9,664 nucleotides of DNA from Octopus sinensis (lineage: Eukaryota), in NCBI RefSeq assembly GCF_006345805.1, contig NW_021827874.1, positions 1-9,664 of the forward strand, in the 5' to 3' direction. The notes under the pieces are model-generated. The model was given only the letters and a program-made list of their open reading frames with translations. It was not told the origin of the DNA and did no database searches. Positions 5,360-9,664 of this stretch are shown piece after piece; the first letter of the stretch is position 1; every line of letters starts with the position of its first letter. The translations under genes were made by a program, and so were the position numbers.

Positions 5360-7331
5360 CTACCAATATCCATGAGATGAATCTGGTGAAAACTCGAGTT
5401 TAATTCTTCCACAAACATTTTCCGAACTATTTCCATCAATTTTGAGAGTAATGGTGGATCCCTCTTTAATTAACTCCTGTTCATGTGCAAAGGCAATCTG
5501 ACTAATAATCCTCCTCTCAATCTCATGTTTGATTGACCTTGCTCCATAGTGAATGTCGTACCCATCAATGAGCACCTCCACCACAGAACTGTCCCACTCG
5601 AGTGTCATCTTATTCGACTCCATCGCCTTTTTGGCCCAAAACTCGAGTTCCTTGACAACCAACCTTCTCAACTCGTATTTAGAAAACGGCAAAAAGTAGA
5701 CAAATTCGTTTATTCTCCCCAAAAACTCATCCCTTTTGAAATGCCTCTGCAAATCACCGCAAGTAAAAACCTTAAGAATAGGCCGGACTTGGCTGTCCTT
5801 GAATTCCCTCGAAACAGTAACCAACTCAAACACTTCTGAGAATATCAAAAAGCCCTAAACCACTAGATCCAGCCCCCTGTCTTTGCTCGGCCTCCTCTCT
5901 CAACTGCCCCCCATACTCAGCAATTTCCTCACTGGCGAGATTGGAGGTCATGACAAATATAGCGTCCTTGCACTCGATTGTGTTGCCCTTTCCGTCAGTC
6001 AGTCTCCCCTACATTCCCCAATACACTCACCTCGTCGAATAATTGGAGCATTATAGTCAGAACATCGGGATGAGCCTTTTCTATCTCATCAAAGAGGACG
6101 ACGGAATCAGGACACTCCTTTAGTAGATTCGTCAACTGTCCTCCCTCCTCGTGACCCACGTACCCGGGAGGAGACCCTATGAACTTGGCCACTTCGTGTC
6201 GATGCTGGAATTCAGACATGTCCATTCGAATAAAGGCTTTCTTGTCTCCGTGAAGATATTTTGCCATCTGTTTGGCCAATTCTGTCTTGCCGATCCCCGA
6301 AGAGCCGAGAAAAAGAAAAACAAGTGGATGGTCTCGGTCTACCCAACCATTTTGTTTCCGTCTTATAGCTACCATATCAACGGAAAGAAAAACCCGAGGA
6401 TACCGCGGAAATGGCACTCTCCTGCCCCACAATCGACTCTCTCAGCACATCCTCTATCAGGTGCTCACGTCGCTCTTCCGCAGACTTGGAATTTCGTTTT
6501 TTAAGGACCTATCATTTGGGTTCCGCTTTTAACCTCTTTTGAGTGGTTTTCCAACAATTTCTTAACTTTTTCACTTCTGGCGTAGTCCGCCGGTTTGTGG
6601 CCGCTTTCGTTCTCTTCCAAAGGGTCCGCTCCTGTCATGACTGAGGGATGAGACCTGCTTCAAGCAGAGCTTCCACAACCGGGATGCTGTTCGATGCTAC
6701 TGCGTAATGAAGGGCCGTACAGCCACGGAAATTCCCATACGGAGACACTCTTCCACTGAAGCAATCATCTCTGTCCATTTGGACTATTTTAATTTATTAT
6801 TTATTTAAATAAAATATTAAATTAAATTATATGCTGCTTGTGGAGCATTAAATATAGCGTGGATTACCCTGAAGAGACACAAGTCCGAAAAATGAGGATG
6901 ATTCAATGACACTCGAGAACTCGTCCTTAAGGTTGGGATCAGCACCGGCAGCCAGCAACAGTTTTGCCATTCTGTCTCAAATCATACTTGGAGTACTCAG
7001 TTTGACCGTTGATGGCTGCAGTCATGAGCGGAGTCCACCCAAGAGGGTGTCGCCGATTGACATCCACGGTCCCCGAGTTGATAATACTCTGAAATTCGCT
7101 GATTCTTCCGTAGCGAATGGTTTGGAATATGTAGTCCTTGTCTAACAGTCTTTATTAGGGTATTTTGCCATTTGGGAAAGTTGAGAATGTGCTTATTGTT
7201 GTGAATAAACCGGCCGACAAACTTGCCACAGAAGCAGCAGTTGTGATGGATCTTCTCTGGATTGGTGCTCGAAATATTTTGGTAGAAATGAGGATGTATT
7301 TAAGGTAGTTTAGGCGGAGATATTTATACAT
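5360..7331 (-). CDS. CLPB: Mitochondrial disaggregase CLPB/Skd3 (ankyrin repeats + one AAA+ NBD), 10 exons, about 549 aa (563 aa if intron 1 is the 27-nt GC-AG variant)
   Basis: Hand-spliced exons, 5' to 3': 7331-7211, 7141-6997, 6971-6868, 6783-6655, 6631-6534, 6508-6394, 6368-6031, 6008-5861, 5835-5771, 5746-5360 (total 1650 nt, frame preserved at every junction). N-terminus [31 protein letters not shown] is basic and acid-free (mitochondrial presequence-like). Ankyrin motifs: [32 protein letters not shown] and [11 protein letters not shown]...[25 protein letters not shown]+ motifs: Walker A GSSGIGKT, pore loop GYVG, Walker B VVLFDE, sensor-1 [11 protein letters not shown], sensor-2 YGARS. 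The ANK + single NBD layout matches animal CLPB as I recall it. Confidence 0.96.
5747..5770 (-). other. CLPB intron 9, 24 nt (in-frame, stop-free)
   Basis: GTTTTTACTTGCGGTGATTTGCAG. Removal gives [20 protein letters not shown], matching the recalled CLPB motif [20 protein letters not shown] without an 8-aa insertion. Confidence 0.85.
5836..5860 (-). other. CLPB intron 8, 25 nt
   Basis: GTTTAGGGCTTTTTGATATTCTCAG. Removal joins [15 protein letters not shown] in frame. Confidence 0.85.
6009..6030 (-). other. CLPB intron 7, 22 nt
   Basis: GTGAGTGTATTGGGGAATGTAG. Removal restores the invariant Clp motif [14 protein letters not shown]. Confidence 0.96.
6369..6393 (-). other. CLPB intron 6, 25 nt
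   Basis: GTTTTTCTTTCCGTTGATATGGTAG. Removal gives [22 protein letters not shown]. Confidence 0.92.
6509..6533 (-). other. CLPB intron 5, 25 nt
   Basis: GTTAAAAGCGGAACCCAAATGATAG. Removal joins ENHSKE to [14 protein letters not shown] in frame. Confidence 0.85.
6632..6654 (-). other. CLPB intron 4, 23 nt
   Basis: GTCTCATCCCTCAGTCATGACAG. Removal restores LLEAGADPL. Confidence 0.92.
6784..6867 (-). other. CLPB intron 3, 84 nt
   Basis: GTAATCC...TTAAAATAG. It has an in-frame stop, and removal joins VSLQ-V-QMDRDD in frame. Confidence 0.9.
6972..6996 (-). other. CLPB intron 2, 25 nt
   Basis: GTACTCCAAGTATGATTTGAGACAG. Removal gives [19 protein letters not shown], a gapless ankyrin repeat. Confidence 0.9.
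7142..7210 (-). other. CLPB intron 1 (69-nt GT-AG, or 27-nt GC-AG at 7142..7168)
   Basis: Acceptor GACTGTTAG|AC at 7142 is fixed by the downstream frame. Both donors (G|GTTTAT at 7210, G|GCAAAA at 7168) are phase 1. In-frame TAA TAA at 7152..7157 makes splicing obligatory. Confidence 0.65.
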
Positions 7332-7476
7332 TCAAAAGTGCAACAGAAATGTGAGAATAAATATTTTATTTGAAATAAATTATTTACATTTATAACTATT
7401 TTCAATGCAATAAAACTAGACATTTAGAAATGATGAATTATAAAAATTTTATTTTAAAAAATAGTATGAAAAGAAA

Positions 7477-7768
7477 TAAGCACACTGCAAAATAACGTTA
7501 GTAAAGTTATCTCGCTTGTGCCACCCTCTCCTGGATGCGTTTTGTTAATTGCTTCAAAGTCCCTTTGTTCCTCGATAGTTCCCTCAGGTGCTTAAGATCG
7601 TCTGCTGATTTCAACCCTTTTCCAATCAAAGTTAGGTCTTGATACAGAAGGGTTGCTAGAGTAATTCGTGCTCTTCCGAATGAGGAGCGTAGTGATGTTC
7701 CATTGCGAGATTTGCAGTTTTCCTGTGTATTCTTAGGATGTGACCGAATAAGTCCCATTTAGATCGTC
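7477..7768 (-). mobile_element. Duplicated copy of the RTE remnant (tail and 5' flank deleted)
   Basis: Aligns with 429..723. Reads KWDLFGHILRIHRKTANLAMEHHY, then shifts into ITLATLLYQDLTLIGKGLKSADDLKHLRELSRNKG (end of ORF 7507..7758). Confidence 0.75.
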
Positions 7769-7923
7769 TGTATTTTCTTTATTAGGTATTAAAAAATAAA
7801 AAAATATAAATAATTTTATTGCAAACAAAATTATTAAACACATGAGTGAAATTAAATTTTTGTCAATATTCCTTGTTTTTTTAAATAGCATTCACAGTTA
7901 ATATGCAGAGAGATTGTGCTTAG

Positions 7924-7929
<6 letters not shown>

Positions 7930-7967
<38 letters not shown>

Positions 7968-8106
7968 TGTAATTAACAAATAGTTATTAACTAACTAAAT
8001 TCCCGGCATCGTAAATGGAAACACAGTTTCCACGTACTATGGCCAAGGAAATCCTTTCGAAAAGCCACTTGGACTCGCGTGGGTCTCCCCGTTTATGGGA
8101 AAGCCA
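7930..8106 (-). mobile_element. Young 5'-truncated CRE-like retrotransposon copy (177 nt) with poly(A) tail and 11-bp TSD
   Basis: TSD CTTAGTCAAAT at 7919..7929 and 8107..8117. T36 at 7929..7964 is poly(A) on the minus strand. Open frame 8106..7987 reads WLSHKRGDPRESKWLFERISLAIVRGNCVSIYDAGNLVS*, the conserved CRE RLE C-terminus. A single empty site CTTGGTCAAAT lies at 1195..1205 in the other copy. Confidence 0.92.
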
Positions 8107-9491
8107 CTTAGTCAAATAGTCTTTAAAATTCACAAATTTTTAATTCAATTTGTGAAGAATTTATTTTATATAAAAGTTTATAATTTACCTCAAATATTCA
8201 AAAAGAATTTTTTGAATGTTAAACTTTTACGAGTCAAAAAATTCATTTGAATCTGCATCATTAATTAAATTTTATGTAAAATGATATCAAATATCAAAAC
8301 ATTGGATTATATAAATATATTTTTTGTTTTTGTTTTCAAAAACATATTTTTGCAAACAAGGATTTTCATCATGCTAAATTTAAAATCAGTTGATCGTAAG
8401 AAACTAAATATCAACGATGATATTTGGATGTATCTATAATTTTAATATTCAGATTTAGAAAAATTAGTTCTGATAAACAACACCATCCATTAATTGAATA
8501 ATTTTTCCCTTATTTTTTTAAATTGATAAGAGGTACGGAAAATATTGTTTAGATACCAAGAAATAAACGTGGCAAAAATGTTTGAAAACTACTGGTTTAA
8601 TACATAATGAAAGAAGAGATATACTGTTAAAATTATTGACTTAAACTTTAAATTTTTAAAGTTTTAATTTTGATTTTCTAATTTTTTAGAATGCTAAAAT
8701 CAAAAAAATAAAAATTTCTCAAATAAATCAAAGAATTAGTTTTGAGCTCACAAAAAAATAAAGTCCATGTTATTATAGATTGAGAGAGATTATTAAGAAA
8801 ATGCTTTGCAATATTGCGTATTCTGCTTATATGAAAATCTCATTCAGAAACGTGACAAATAAATTGTACTTTAAGAGTTCACGTGGACAACATGTGAAAA
8901 AGCTTAATTTGATCTAAAATAACGAGTCGTTTTTATTGCAGAACATTTATAAGTTGTTATTAAATACTTGTCAGAATCATATGTTGAATAATAATTTCAC
9001 GACTGAAATTTTGGAGGTTTATATTGAAAAAATAAAAATAATTCAGTAATATTTTTATTTTAAGCCATTTTTTGGATATTTTTTTAGAAAGATATTTATG
9101 CATTGTATTAAAAATTGAATACATTGCTTGATTTTAAAATATCTCGAACAAAAAATTTTGCAATTTTATTTGTATTTACAAAAATATTTGAATATAAATC
9201 GTTATAATAAAAAAAGAAATGTCCATGATTAAATTAAATTCAGACCTTTTTAACTTTTCGATCCGAAAGATAGTGTTCGGGTACCAGGAAATGAATAAAT
9301 TACTTCATTAAAATAAGTCACGATGAAAAGAAATGATTGTGCTTAATTAAATATTCGGATATTGTCCTTTGAAGAAGTGGATAAGGTGAAATCAAATAAT
9401 AGAAATTGTTTTATTTAATAAAATGAAAATTCGGCATACAACCAAAGTATAAAAGAAACTAATAATCATTAAGTAATGTTTAGGGCAATTT

Positions 9492-9588
9492 TTTTCAGGC
9501 ACTTAAAATTTATTTTTAGGACCTTAAAAATAGGCATTTTAGGACTTTATTTTTAATTTTTAGGACTTTATTCTACATTTTTAGGCAC
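9492..9588. repeat. Cluster of six degenerate TTTTAGG(A/C)(C/A) motifs
   Basis: TTTTCAGGCAC 9492, TTTTTAGGACC 9513, AAAATAGGCAT 9527, TTTTAGGACTTTAT 9537, TTTTTAGGACTTTAT 9557, TTTTTAGGCAC 9578. Confidence 0.6.
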
Positions 9589-9664
9589 ATTTTAATAAGG
9601 TATTAAATCAAAAAGTCGTAAAAAATTATTTGTTATAGTAAGGTATTAAATAATTTTTGACATT

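Larger units (their letters stand above)
7190..9090. repeat. Right copy of direct segmental duplication
   Basis: Matches 1..2192. It lacks about 287..428, about 724..1042 and a 33-nt segment at 1245..1277, and carries an extra insertion at 7930..8117. Confidence 0.95.

Noticed and set aside
5200-5360. HDV-like self-cleaving ribozyme at the element 5' end
   Set aside because: I could not find the nested double-pseudoknot pairings by eye in this AT-rich stretch. An RNAMotif/Infernal search would be needed to exclude it.
5995-6432. Bacterial ClpB/ClpC or a prokaryotic origin
   Set aside because: There is one NBD only, fused to ankyrin repeats and a presequence, and it is split by GT-AG introns. 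This is the animal CLPB layout. The ORF-track termini [12 protein letters not shown]... and ...[11 protein letters not shown] are out-of-frame or intronic.
6972-6987. Alternative 16-nt intron (GTATGATTTGAGACAG) in CLPB intron 2
   Set aside because: It is in frame but inserts three residues (YSK) into an otherwise gapless ankyrin repeat and is shorter than every other intron here. The 25-nt version fits better.
5549-7145. Plus-strand ORFs 5549..5839, 6151..6504, 6272..6532, 6906..7145
   Set aside because: Antisense shadows of CLPB exons.
1-9664. CRISPR array, tRNA, rRNA or telomeric repeat tract
   Set aside because: No regularly spaced repeat-spacer units, cloverleaf/A-B box pattern, rRNA-like sequence or tandem TTAGG(G) runs were seen.

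Overview
This is eukaryotic, almost certainly animal, genomic DNA: very AT-rich intergenic sequence around coding blocks of much higher GC. The only host gene I can support is CLPB/Skd3, the mitochondrial ankyrin-repeat + single AAA+ disaggregase, on the minus strand (5360..7331). It has 10 exons, and seven of its nine introns are only 22-25 nt, which the ORF track misses. Its first exon plus about 2 kb of upstream DNA is present twice as a direct repeat (1..2192 and 7190..9090), so a second CLPB copy runs off the left edge. Between the two copies lies a decayed CRE-clade (RT + restriction-like endonuclease) non-LTR retrotransposon (2193 to about 5240, minus). It has five frameshifts and a YLDD>YLDY substitution, and a broken PHD-finger-like segment sits at its apparent 5' end. 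Its 3' end coincides with the duplication breakpoint. The right copy carries a young 177-nt 5'-truncated insertion from a different CRE family, with a 35-36 nt poly(A), an 11-bp TSD and an empty site visible in the left copy. Both copies carry an old RTE-clade 3' remnant; its (TAA)n tail survives only in the left copy. All calls are from hand translation and hand alignment; no database searches were run.
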